A stretch of DNA of 64,000 nt, from positions 416,001 to 480,000 of the forward strand of contig JBJMOW010000004.1 in NCBI GenBank assembly GCA_045803545.1, written 5' to 3'. Made by a program: the position numbers and the translations under genes. Below the pieces are notes generated by a model. It was not told the DNA's origin and ran no database searches. It was given only the letters and a program-made list of their open reading frames with translations. Source of the DNA: Gemmatimonadaceae bacterium (GTDB lineage Bacteria > Gemmatimonadota > Gemmatimonadetes > Gemmatimonadales > Gemmatimonadaceae). Shown here piece by piece: positions 37,816-47,389 of the stretch (its first letter is position 1; every line of letters starts with the position of its first letter).

Positions 37816-37847
37816 CTCTCCCCCCTCCGCCAAAAGGCGATTGGTCA

Positions 37848-37904
37848 ACTAATTACCTAGTTGACAGCCCCAGCGCCCGCTACGAGTATTACTAATCTTT
37901 TCGT
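37848..37904 (+). promoter_or_regulatory. blaI promoter: TTGACA flanked by two ACTA-N6-TAGT-type operators
   Basis: ACTAATTACCTAGT at 37848-37861 overlaps TTGACA at 37861-37866; ACTAATCTTTTCGT at 37891-37904. Confidence 0.7.
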
Positions 37905-37917
37905 AGCAGGCATCCAC

Positions 37918-38292
37918 ATGGACGTGTCGTTTACGGAACGCGAGCTCGATGTGATGGCGATCCTGTGGGACAAGGGGTCGGCGACCGTCGCTGAGGTTCG
38001 CGAGGATCTGGAAGAAGACTTTGCCTACACCACGGTCCTAACCGTACTGCGCACTCTAGAGGCGAAGGGCTACGCGGGTCATCGAGAGGAAGGAAAGGCG
38101 CACCGCTACGCCCCGCTGGTACCGCGCGCGGCCGCCGGTCAATCGGCACTTCATCGTATCACCGACAAAGTTTTTTCGGGGTCAGCCGAAATGTTGCTGA
38201 CTCAGCTCGTTTCTGGACGGAAACTCAAGCCGGAGGAGCTGAAGCGCATGCGCCAGCTGCTCGATTCCCGGCTGAAGGAGGCAAGTCGATGA
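37918..38292 (+). CDS. BlaI/MecI/CopY family repressor
   Basis: TERE..VM..LW....TV.EV...L....AYTTV.T.L..L..KG...G.A.RY and FSGS. Confidence 0.92.
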   Translation: MDVSFTERELDVMAILWDKGSATVAEVREDLEEDFAYTTVLTVLRTLEAKGYAGHREEGKAHRYAPLVPRAAAGQSALHRITDKVFSGSAEMLLTQLVSGRKLKPEELKRMRQLLDSRLKEASR

Positions 38293-39236
38293 TTCCGGGA
38301 TGGATGATGTACAGCATGCTGATTGGTGGGTTGGGTATCCTCGCCGCGCATGCGCTCGAGAATGCAGCTCGCGTGATCGGGAAGCCGAGCCGCTGGATCT
38401 GGTTTGCGGCGTTGGTGGCGACGATCGCTACCAGTCTAACGGCGTTGTATCAGGCCGTCGGAATGGCATTGTGGTTCATCCCGCGCCGGCACGGCGCGAC
38501 GTCGCTCGACCTGCCGGCGTCGAGTTATATCCGCTTCTACAATCTGTTCTCGCGCTGGGACGTTTATCTGTCACCGCTGTTGTGGATGGCGTCAGCGCTG
38601 ACGGCGGCAATGTTCGCGGTCGCGATCTGGCGTCTGGTCCAGCGTCGTCGTGCGTGGGACCGTGCTTCAATGGACGGCCATTCCGTGCTGGTGTCGGAAG
38701 CCGAGGGCCCGGCGATTGTGGGTTTCATGCGGAGCGCGATCGTAGTGCCCAGATGGGCGCTGGCGGAGAGTGAGAGGGTGCGCGCGTTGATCATGGCGCA
38801 CGAGATCGAGCACCAAAATGCAGGGGATCATGTTCTTAGTGCGCTGGCGTTGGTGGCCACGATCGCGCAGCCGTGGAACCCGGCGGTGTGGTGGATGGCT
38901 CGTCGGCTGCGTGTAGCACTGGAAGTCGATTGTGATGCGCGAGTTCTGAGTCGCGGCTCCGATCCACGCACGTACGGACTGCTGCTACTGGAAGCCGGAT
39001 CGCGCGCGGCAGGCTGCCGATTGCCGATTCCGGCATTGTCGCGTCCATTGTCATCGCTCGAGGAGCGCCTGCGAATCATAACGGCGGAGCGTCGCTCCGG
39101 CCGGATGCGTGCCGCCCGGCTGGCGTTGGTGGCAGGCATACTGCTGGCGACGGCGGCCTTCCTGCCGGAGCCTGGCGCGCTGCACTGCATGCTCGAGGGT
39201 CTGGGGTTCCAGGTGAACATCTCGGCCAGTTACTAA
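38289..39236 (+). CDS. M56 (BlaR1/MecR1-like) membrane metallopeptidase with no C-terminal sensor domain
   Basis: AHEIEH...D, WNP.VW, E..CD..V, Y...L and L..R; ATGA overlap with blaI. Confidence 0.9.
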   Translation: MIPGWMMYSMLIGGLGILAAHALENAARVIGKPSRWIWFAALVATIATSLTALYQAVGMALWFIPRRHGATSLDLPASSYIRFYNLFSRWDVYLSPLLWMASALTAAMFAVAIWRLVQRRRAWDRASMDGHSVLVSEAEGPAIVGFMRSAIVVPRWALAESERVRALIMAHEIEHQNAGDHVLSALALVATIAQPWNPAVWWMARRLRVALEVDCDARVLSRGSDPRTYGLLLLEAGSRAAGCRLPIPALSRPLSSLEERLRIITAERRSGRMRAARLALVAGILLATAAFLPEPGALHCMLEGLGFQVNISASY

Positions 39237-39254
39237 GTAAACATCTCATCTACT

Positions 39255-39312
39255 ACTAAAGAACTAGTTGACAGCAGAAAACATCGAGCCTAGTTTCTAC
39301 TACAAAACTAGT
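39255..39312 (+). promoter_or_regulatory. Promoter TTGACA-N17-TAGTTT flanked by two ACTA-N6-TAGT operators
   Basis: ACTAAAGAACTAGT at 39255-39268; -35 at 39268-39273; -10 at 39291-39296; ACTACAAAACTAGT at 39299-39312. Confidence 0.75.
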
Positions 39313-39326
39313 AGGAACTGGGCCCG

Positions 39327-41972
39327 ATGTTTTTGTTTTTCCTCCTGCTTGGCAGTCCGCAGCGCCTAGCCTTTAGCGAACCAAGCCTCGCGTCTATAAC
39401 GCAGCGGCCACTGGTGGCGGATTCGAGTGCGGCGGGCTTGCGAGTGCTGCGCGGACAAAAGGCGACGGCTCCGCCCGTCATCGACGGTCGATTGGATGAG
39501 GCGCTGTGGGCCACGGCCCCGATAGCAACGGATTTCACTCAGAACTATCCGCAAAGCGGAGTGCCAGCGTCCAGGCGCACTGAAGCGCGGGTCGTCTTTG
39601 CTGGCGACGCGATCTACGTCGGCATACGCGCGTTCGATTCGCCAGACAGCATTGTCGCACCGCTAATGCGGCGAGATGGGATGCTGACCTCGGACTGGGT
39701 GGATGTGCTGATCGACAGCTTCCACGACCGCCGCACTGCATTCCATTTCGCGGTCAATCCAGTTGGGGTAAAGGTCGACATGTATCACTATGACGATATC
39801 CAGGCCGACATGAGCTGGGATGCTGTCTGGGATGTCGCCGTCGCGCGCGACTCACTCGGGTGGACCGCCGAATTCCGCATCCCTCTGTCGCAGCTGCGTT
39901 ACGCGTTCTCGTCAGATAGACCGCAGACTTGGGGCATCAACTTCTACCGCAATCTCGGGCGACGACAGGAATGGTCGAGCTGGGCGCCGGTCGTTCGCGG
40001 GCAGAGTCGTGAGGTGTCCCAGTTCGGCGAGCTTACCGCGATCGATTTCCTGACCCCTACCCGCCGTCGAGAGATCACACCTTACGTTAGCAGCAGCGTT
40101 ACACGGGCATCGGGAGATCCTGCCGATCCCTTCTTTCGCTCAACGGCGTTTTCGCAGAGCGCAGGCTTCGACGCCAAAGTCGGGTTGCGCAGCGGACTCA
40201 CTCTGGATCTCACGGTGCATCCGGATTTCGGTCAGGTCGAAGCGGATCCATCCGAAGTCAATCTCTCCGGTTTCGAGACCACCCAGCAGGAACGGCGGCC
40301 GTTCTTCCTCGAGAACTCAGGTCTTTTCGCGCTCTCGATCTACGAAAGCCCCGACGAAACGCTGTTTTATCCGCGTCGCATCGGCCGTGCTCCGCAAATC
40401 AGCGTCGACAGCGATGGTCGATTCGTTCGCGAGCCACAACAGACGACAATACTTGGTGCAGCGAAGGTCTCCGGAAAAACGAGTAACGGCCTCTCGATTG
40501 GAATTCTCGACGCCGTCACCCAGGCAGAGTACGCCGACGTAGTCGACAACACCAGCGTGAGATCTCGCGCGATCGTCGAGCCGTCGGCGAACTATAGCGT
40601 TGTGAGAGTGCAACAGGATCTGCGCGCCGGCAGATCCGCCGTGGGTGCGATGCTTACGTCGACGAACCGATTCAACCTCGGCTCGGCAGCATCGGAGCTC
40701 CACGACGCCGCTTATGCGGGCGGGCTCGACTTTCGCCACCGCTTCGGTGGTCCGACCGGAACTGATTATGAGGTCTTCGGCGCGCTGTTTGGATCAGCCG
40801 TACATGGAGCCGCGGCCGCGATCGCGGAAACTCAGCGATCATCGGCGCACTATTTCCAGCGGCCCGACGCGGATCACATCGACTATGACACCACCCGTAC
40901 GGGGCTGACTGGTCTTGGCGGGCGGCTCCAGTTCGATCGTGCGAGTGGTCGGATCCGTTACGGGAACGCGTTCTACACGCGTACACCGGGATTCGACGTC
41001 AACGATCTCGGCATTCAAAAAGTTGCCGACTGGTCCGAAGACTTTGTCTGGATCGGGACGATACAAACGCAACCCAACGCTGTACTCAACAATTGGAGTG
41101 TCTACGGCAATACGTGGTCGTGGTGGACGTACGGTGGCGAGCGAACGTTCACGCAATTCAACATCGACCTTCAGGGCGAGCTGAGGAATTTCTGGGGTTC
41201 GTCCTTGAGATTGGGCAGGCGACTCTCTGCGCACACTCTGCGATTGCGCGGTGGGCCGTTGCTCAACGAGGAAGGCGCTTGGGTCACAAATGGTAGCCTG
41301 TACTCGCCGCAGCAAAAAACTTTCCATGCAAACGCCTCATACAGCATTCTCCTTTCCGACGATCCAAACACATCGTCTCTTTCATTCTCGCCGACGCTCG
41401 CGTGGCAGCCGTGGACGAGCGCTACGATCACGCTGGCGCCGATGTGGGCGCGGGACAGAAGCGACCTCTTTTACGTCGCTCAGGCAGGTACGGGGGCAAC
41501 GCCTCGTTACGTGCTTGGCGCTCTCGACCGCACTACGACCGCGTTGACTGCGCGCCTCGATCTCGCATTCTCGCCTGCGCTGACGCTGCAGCTGTACGGA
41601 CAACCTTTTCTATCAGCCGGCACTTACGCCGGCTTCAAGGAAGTCGTCGCTCCCAGGGCCAGCAACTACCCTGACCGTTTTCGGCCAATCACGCCGAAAC
41701 TCGAAGACAATGTATTCAGTAGTGATCTGAACGGTGACGGTGTTGTCGACATTCAGTTCGACAACCCTGCATTCAACGTACGTGAGTTCAGATCGAACAC
41801 TGTATTGAGGTGGGAGTATCGTGCCGGCTCGACGTTGTTCGTCGTTTGGTCGCAGGGACGGCACTCTGACGGCGACAAGGCGTTCCGTCTCTCTCGCGAT
41901 GCGACGGACCTGTTTCGAACAGCTCCCGAAAACGTGTTACTACTAAAAATGACGAGGTGGATGTCCTTCTAA
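39327..41972 (+). CDS. CBM9-like plus DUF5916 protein (probable outer-membrane beta-barrel)
   Basis: IDG.LDE..W, W.AE.RIP.SQLR and PDFGQVEADP..NLS.FET...E.RPFF.E...LFY.RRIG; C-terminal VLRWEYR.GS.LF.VW. Confidence 0.8.
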   Translation: MFLFFLLLGSPQRLAFSEPSLASITQRPLVADSSAAGLRVLRGQKATAPPVIDGRLDEALWATAPIATDFTQNYPQSGVPASRRTEARVVFAGDAIYVGIRAFDSPDSIVAPLMRRDGMLTSDWVDVLIDSFHDRRTAFHFAVNPVGVKVDMYHYDDIQADMSWDAVWDVAVARDSLGWTAEFRIPLSQLRYAFSSDRPQTWGINFYRNLGRRQEWSSWAPVVRGQSREVSQFGELTAIDFLTPTRRREITPYVSSSVTRASGDPADPFFRSTAFSQSAGFDAKVGLRSGLTLDLTVHPDFGQVEADPSEVNLSGFETTQQERRPFFLENSGLFALSIYESPDETLFYPRRIGRAPQISVDSDGRFVREPQQTTILGAAKVSGKTSNGLSIGILDAVTQAEYADVVDNTSVRSRAIVEPSANYSVVRVQQDLRAGRSAVGAMLTSTNRFNLGSAASELHDAAYAGGLDFRHRFGGPTGTDYEVFGALFGSAVHGAAAAIAETQRSSAHYFQRPDADHIDYDTTRTGLTGLGGRLQFDRASGRIRYGNAFYTRTPGFDVNDLGIQKVADWSEDFVWIGTIQTQPNAVLNNWSVYGNTWSWWTYGGERTFTQFNIDLQGELRNFWGSSLRLGRRLSAHTLRLRGGPLLNEEGAWVTNGSLYSPQQKTFHANASYSILLSDDPNTSSLSFSPTLAWQPWTSATITLAPMWARDRSDLFYVAQAGTGATPRYVLGALDRTTTALTARLDLAFSPALTLQLYGQPFLSAGTYAGFKEVVAPRASNYPDRFRPITPKLEDNVFSSDLNGDGVVDIQFDNPAFNVREFRSNTVLRWEYRAGSTLFVVWSQGRHSDGDKAFRLSRDATDLFRTAPENVLLLKMTRWMSF

Positions 41973-42068
41973 TAAACCTTTTTCGCCATTCAGGAATCAA
42001 ACATTATCGGAGACTGCAGCCACGGCCCACCAGCTCACTGAGCTCCGTCAATCAAAGAGGGGGGCCGC

Positions 42069-43553
42069 ATGCGCAGGATCAGCATGGGCGCAGCGGAGTC
42101 GAAGCACCTGCATCTATTCGACTACGTTGGCGTTCGCAAATGGATCATCTTCGTTATATCAGGACTGCTGCTCGGGGTTACCGAGGTCGCAGCAGCTGCT
42201 CAAACGCAGCACGAAGTACACTTCAGTAGCTACGATGACAGCCTAGTTGCTGGTGGCGGTCCGTACGTCGCGCCGCGAACTCCGATCGATGCCGCGGAGG
42301 CAACCGCCGTCGCGGACGCAACTGCTGTCGCGCCGGCACCGGAAACAAGTCCGGTCTTTACCGCCGAGTATTGGGATGCTCTCGCCGATCTGAATCTCAC
42401 GGCGCTTAGAAACACTGCAGACGGGGACGCCCAGCAGGGTTTTGCGCGAGGGATGTCGCTGCTGGCGGACGGCGACGCTGAAGGTGCGGAGAAAGTGTTC
42501 GCTTCTGGCAGCGAGCAACTGTCAGATGCGACCGTTGGTATAGCGTCGCAAATCATGCTGGCGACGACACTGCTATACGAGCACAAATGGGCGGAGCTGC
42601 GTGCATTCGCGTTCAGCCCGCACCTCAGTCCGTCCGACAAGGATATCGTCCACGACTACCAGCGCTGGGGATTCGCGTTCGCGAACATCGAAGCGCAGCG
42701 CATTACGATGTCGGTCGATTCGATGCTGATGCCATTACGCATGAGTGCCATTGGCACGCCGACGATCCGTGTGAAGATCAATGGCAAGTCCTACGACTTC
42801 TGGCTGGACACGGGATCGAGCATCACGGTGCTCAACTCCGACGTTGCGGAGGAAGTTGGAGCTGCCGTGCTGTCGGGCGAGAATCTGGCGGTGCGTACGT
42901 TCGGTGGATCCGCCCCGGTAAAGGCATCATTTATCCGCCGCATTGAAATCGGACCGCTGTTGCTCGAAAACACCCCGGCGGTGGTCGTCGATGTGTCGCA
43001 CATGGTTCTTAAGTCAGCTCCAGATCAGCCACGGCCTGGCGGGATGCGCATTGACGGTATCATTGGCTGGGACACCATTCGTCAGCTCGATCTTCTGCTC
43101 GACTATACGAATGGACTGGTCCAGATACGCCGCCCGGTGCGCGAAGGTTACTCCCCGCACAATCTGACCTGGTTGGGTAAGCCCTTCGTCGAGGTGCGGA
43201 CCAGGCGCGGTGAGACTTTACACTTCACGCTCGATACTGGTGCTCAGGGAAGCTTTCTCAACGCACTGGCACTGGATAAAACGGGCGCTGCTTCGACGAC
43301 TTCCGAAGGAACTGTCTTCGGGATCGCCGGCACCGGCAAGAGAGCAGACAAGGTCATTCGCACGTTGCCGCTGGATCTCGGCGGGCGATCGGTGCGACTC
43401 GATGGAGTGATGGTCTACGGTCCGACGTATTCGGGCATGATCAACTGCGACGGAATTATTGGCAGCGACATCGCTCGTTACGGGACGATAAGGATCGATG
43501 CCACCAACGGAGTGTTCGCTGTCGGACTCAGTCCGCTGCGAGAATACGACTAA
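42069..43553 (+). CDS. Exported aspartyl protease with two retropepsin-like domains
   Basis: FWLDTGSS...DGIIG and FTLDTGAQ...DGIIG; hydrophobic N-terminus (start uncertain). Confidence 0.82.
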   Translation: MRRISMGAAESKHLHLFDYVGVRKWIIFVISGLLLGVTEVAAAAQTQHEVHFSSYDDSLVAGGGPYVAPRTPIDAAEATAVADATAVAPAPETSPVFTAEYWDALADLNLTALRNTADGDAQQGFARGMSLLADGDAEGAEKVFASGSEQLSDATVGIASQIMLATTLLYEHKWAELRAFAFSPHLSPSDKDIVHDYQRWGFAFANIEAQRITMSVDSMLMPLRMSAIGTPTIRVKINGKSYDFWLDTGSSITVLNSDVAEEVGAAVLSGENLAVRTFGGSAPVKASFIRRIEIGPLLLENTPAVVVDVSHMVLKSAPDQPRPGGMRIDGIIGWDTIRQLDLLLDYTNGLVQIRRPVREGYSPHNLTWLGKPFVEVRTRRGETLHFTLDTGAQGSFLNALALDKTGAASTTSEGTVFGIAGTGKRADKVIRTLPLDLGGRSVRLDGVMVYGPTYSGMINCDGIIGSDIARYGTIRIDATNGVFAVGLSPLREYD

Positions 43554-44484
43554 AGACGTCGCTGTCGACGTTGCCGCCGGATAAGACGACGGCAACGTTT
43601 CGACCGCGCATCGTTTCTTTCTCCTTGATCAGCGCAGCGAGGGCCGCAGCCCCCCCGCCCTCCGCTGTATTGTGGGTATCCGTAAAGAGCGCGCGCATTG
43701 CTGCTTCAACTTCATCGTCATCTACGCGGATAACTCGCTCGGCACCGCGACGGGCTATTGCGAGAGCCGACTCGTTGACCGTTCGGCACGCCATCCCGTC
43801 GGCGATTCTGGTGGAAGCCTCGTGGGTCATCGGTCGACCCTGCGCGAACGAGAGCGCGAACGCGGGCGCGCGGTCGGATACGACCGCTACGATTCGTGTG
43901 TCGAGGCCAAGCGCGTCACGCGCGGAGATCAACCCGCATAAGCCGCTGCCCATACCCACCGGGACATAGACTGTGTGGATGTCTTTGACAGCGCGCAGAA
44001 GCTCCAGGGCATAGGTGCCGACGCCCCGCACGAGCTGCGGATGGAACGAAGGGAATCGATGCCAGACACGCTCAGCGCAAATCTCGTTTGCGATCTCGTG
44101 GGATTCCTGAAAGTCCCGACCGCGCTCGATGACCTCGACGCCAAGGGCGCGCATCGCGGCGTTCTTGTCAACGCTATTGCCGATCGGCACTACAACAGCG
44201 GCCCGCACGCCGTAGGTGCGCGCGGCGAAGCCGACGGACTGACCGTGATTGCCACGCGTGGCTGAAATGACACCATCAGGTTTATCGCCGCCGCGGCAGA
44301 GGTCATGCAGATAAACGAGTCCACCGCGCACCTTGAAGGCGCCCGTCGGGTTGTGGTTCTCGTGCTTTACCCAGACCGCGGTTCCGACGCGTTGATCGAG
44401 CAGCGGCCACCGATACTGCGGGGTCGGAGGCAGATGGTGGTACACCAGGGCCGCCGCCGACTCCAGCGAATCGAGTGAGGGCAT
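43528..44484 (-). CDS. PLP-dependent serine/threonine dehydratase family enzyme
   Basis: K.EN..PTGAFKVRGG, ATRGNHG, PVGMGSG, IADG and LSGGN. Confidence 0.9.
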   Translation of the reverse strand: MPSLDSLESAAALVYHHLPPTPQYRWPLLDQRVGTAVWVKHENHNPTGAFKVRGGLVYLHDLCRGGDKPDGVISATRGNHGQSVGFAARTYGVRAAVVVPIGNSVDKNAAMRALGVEVIERGRDFQESHEIANEICAERVWHRFPSFHPQLVRGVGTYALELLRAVKDIHTVYVPVGMGSGLCGLISARDALGLDTRIVAVVSDRAPAFALSFAQGRPMTHEASTRIADGMACRTVNESALAIARRGAERVIRVDDDEVEAAMRALFTDTHNTAEGGGAAALAALIKEKETMRGRNVAVVLSGGNVDSDVFSRILAAD

Positions 44485-44563
44485 ATCAATCGAAACAGAT
44501 CTCAAACCAGTGCCGTAAGTAGACTTGTCCAACCCGGTATCCATTATCCGCCCCGTCGTCCCG

Positions 44564-47389
44564 ATGTCAAAATTCGTTGCTTTTTTCCAATCGTCAAATC
44601 CGATTGAACGCGCCCCGCGCGTGCTGCTCACGGCATCCGCATGCGCTGCCTTCATCGCAATCTCAGGATCCACCGCGCTATTGGGTGCTCAATCCACCGC
44701 GCAAAGTAGCGGCGCACGCGTACAAACGAGCTCCACTGAAGCTCCGCTGCCCGTCGCGGCAGCAGCGGAAGCGACGAGTACAATCAACGTCGACGGCAAG
44801 CTGGATGATGCCGCATGGTCTCGTGCGACCCCAATCACCGACTTTCATCAGCAGCAGCCGAAGGAAGGGGTGCCCCCAAGCGAGAGAACAGAGGTGCGCG
44901 TGATCTTCGATGAGCACGCGCTTTATATCGGGGCCCGGATGTACGACGCGCTGGGCCGGAATGGCATTCGCGCGCCGGTCTCGCGTCGCGATCAGCTGCT
45001 TGACTCGAATGGAAACAACGGATCATTCAATTCGCTGACGACCGACAAGCTGATCGTCATGCTCGATCCCTATCACAACAAGATCGACCAGGCGTGGTTC
45101 GAGGTTAATCCGGCCGGAGTCCGCGGCGATCAATTCAACGGCGATCCCTCGTGGGACCCGATTTGGGAAGCAGCAACACAGGTCGACTCCCTCGGCTGGA
45201 CAGCCGAGATGCGGATTCCATATTCGCAGCTGCGCTTTTCGCGGGATAGCCTGCAGACCTGGGGCATGCAGATCTGGCGTTACACTGACCGTCTGCACGA
45301 GCAGGACATGTGGTCCTTCCGCAAGCTGAGTGAGGCAGGAGGCCCTGCCTACTTTGGCTCTCTCACCGGTTTGAAGATCGGCCCGCAACCGCGTCAGCTC
45401 GAGCTGGTCCCGTACGCCACGTCGCGCGCAGGATTCAAATACGCGCCGCCGACCGATCCGTATCACAGCAGCACGTACGGGCAGATGACTGCAGGTGCCG
45501 ACCTCAAGTACCTGCTGACTCCAAGCCTCGCGCTCGACGCCACGATCAACCCGGACTTCGGGCAGGTTGAGGTCGATCCTGCAACGATCAATCTGTCGGC
45601 GTACGAAACCTATTATCAGGAGAAGCGGCCGTTCTTCGTCGCGGGCAGCAATGCGTTCGATTTCGGTGGTATGAACTGTTACTTCTGCAGCAACACGTCG
45701 AGCCTCGACTTCTTCTACTCCCGTCGCATTGGCAGGCCGCCGCAGCTGAACGGCTATGTCAGCGACAACTCAGCGTTTGCGGACACACCTGACAACACGA
45801 CAATTCTGGGCGCGGGCAAAATCACCGGCCGCACCGTCGGCGGATACACGATTGGATTGCTCGACGCGGTGACTGGGCGCGAGAATGCGCGATACGTGAC
45901 GGCTGTGAATGCACCCGAGCAGACCCAGCTCGTAGAACCGCTCACGAACTACTTCGTTGGTCGCGTCAAGAAAGATCTCAATCAGGGTGCGACGACCATT
46001 GGAACCGCGTTCACCTCGGTGATTCGAGATCTGAGCGATACCATAGTCTCCGACAGATTGCGCAGTCACGCCGAAGCGGGCGGCATCGACTGGAACCACC
46101 GCTGGAGCCAGCGCACCTATTCGTGGATGGGGTCGGTCCTAGTGTCCGACGTCGCGGGCTCGACGGCGGCGATCGATGCGACGCAACAGTCAAGCGCTCA
46201 CTACTTCCAGCGCCCGGATCGCAAGAACACAAGCGACGGTTTGTTCGACACCCAGTATCGGCCGAACGCGAATTCGATGCAGGGCTACGGTCTCTACACA
46301 CGTGTGGCCAAGGACAATGGATTCTGGTTGTGGGAGCTTAGTCAGAACTGGCGCAGCCCCGGATTCGAAGTGAACGACGCTTCGTTCCTGAGTCGCGCCG
46401 ATTACAAGTGGATGAGCGGCAACATCGGCAGCTCGTGGCAGACGCCGGGCAGCTGGTATCGCTCGGTGACCTGGCTGCTCGGCGGGCAGCAGCAGTTCAA
46501 CTACGATGGCGATCGCACCGACTCGCAGGCGCAGGCGTATTACGAGACGATGTTCCTGAACTACTGGAAGGTTCGCAGCTTTGCGATCTATCATCCGACC
46601 GTGCTCGACGACCGGTTGACTCGTGGCGGTCCGGTGGTGATGAGGACGGGTTACAATTTCGGAATGCTCGAGTTGTCGAGTGATGCGCGGCAGCGCGTGG
46701 TCGGCGACTTCAGCATCCAGGTTGGGCGTGGAATCAACTCCGACACCCATACGCTGATCATTCAGCCCGGAATGGCGATCAAACCATCGTCCAACGTCTT
46801 CATCAGCCTGTCACCGAGCTATGTTGCGGATGAAGATGCCGCGCAGTACGTGACGACAGTGACGGATCCGACCGCGACGGCATTCTACGGACAACGCTAC
46901 GTCTTCGCGTTCATCAAGACCAAAACGCTTTCACTCGATACCAGAGTGAACTGGACCTTCAATCCAAACCTCACCCTGCAGCTCTTTGCGCAGCCATTTA
47001 TCTCCAGCGGCGCCTACTCCGCGTTCCGCGAGTTCGCTGCGCCGCGTACCTATCGGAAGGTTGTATACGGTCAGGACATCGGTACGATCTCGCGCAGTCC
47101 GGCTACGGCGACGGATGGAGCGCAGTACACTGTCGACCCGGACGGAGCGGGTCCGGCAGCGCCGTACAGTTTCGGCGATCCCGATTTCACTTTCCGCTCA
47201 TTGATCGGGAACGCGGTTCTGCGCTGGGAGTACCGCCCGGGATCGACGGTATTCTTCGTCTGGACACAGAGCCGTAGCGGGAGCGATCCAAACGGCAACT
47301 TCGATTTCAGCTCGGAGCGAGGGGCGATATTCCGCGATCGCCCGACCAATATCTTCCAGGTGAAGGTCAACTACTGGATTGGTCGCTGA
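44564..47389 (+). CDS. Second CBM9-like plus DUF5916 protein
   Basis: Same motifs as 39327-41972: VDG.LDD..W, NPDFGQVEVDP, EKRPFF, FFYSRRIG and VLRWEYRPGST. Confidence 0.8.
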   Translation: MSKFVAFFQSSNPIERAPRVLLTASACAAFIAISGSTALLGAQSTAQSSGARVQTSSTEAPLPVAAAAEATSTINVDGKLDDAAWSRATPITDFHQQQPKEGVPPSERTEVRVIFDEHALYIGARMYDALGRNGIRAPVSRRDQLLDSNGNNGSFNSLTTDKLIVMLDPYHNKIDQAWFEVNPAGVRGDQFNGDPSWDPIWEAATQVDSLGWTAEMRIPYSQLRFSRDSLQTWGMQIWRYTDRLHEQDMWSFRKLSEAGGPAYFGSLTGLKIGPQPRQLELVPYATSRAGFKYAPPTDPYHSSTYGQMTAGADLKYLLTPSLALDATINPDFGQVEVDPATINLSAYETYYQEKRPFFVAGSNAFDFGGMNCYFCSNTSSLDFFYSRRIGRPPQLNGYVSDNSAFADTPDNTTILGAGKITGRTVGGYTIGLLDAVTGRENARYVTAVNAPEQTQLVEPLTNYFVGRVKKDLNQGATTIGTAFTSVIRDLSDTIVSDRLRSHAEAGGIDWNHRWSQRTYSWMGSVLVSDVAGSTAAIDATQQSSAHYFQRPDRKNTSDGLFDTQYRPNANSMQGYGLYTRVAKDNGFWLWELSQNWRSPGFEVNDASFLSRADYKWMSGNIGSSWQTPGSWYRSVTWLLGGQQQFNYDGDRTDSQAQAYYETMFLNYWKVRSFAIYHPTVLDDRLTRGGPVVMRTGYNFGMLELSSDARQRVVGDFSIQVGRGINSDTHTLIIQPGMAIKPSSNVFISLSPSYVADEDAAQYVTTVTDPTATAFYGQRYVFAFIKTKTLSLDTRVNWTFNPNLTLQLFAQPFISSGAYSAFREFAAPRTYRKVVYGQDIGTISRSPATATDGAQYTVDPDGAGPAAPYSFGDPDFTFRSLIGNAVLRWEYRPGSTVFFVWTQSRSGSDPNGNFDFSSERGAIFRDRPTNIFQVKVNYWIGR

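Noticed and set aside
37744..37860. tRNA-Cys as the attachment site of an integrated island
   Set aside because: I noticed no integrase, no duplicated tRNA 3' end and no evident compositional shift. An old island cannot be excluded.
37918..39236. Beta-lactam resistance locus
   Set aside because: The M56 protein has no penicillin-binding sensor domain, and no beta-lactamase or PBP gene is nearby.
42069..43553. Retroelement origin of the DTG proteases
   Set aside because: There is no reverse transcriptase, integrase or terminal repeat, and exported bacterial retropepsin-like proteins are well known.
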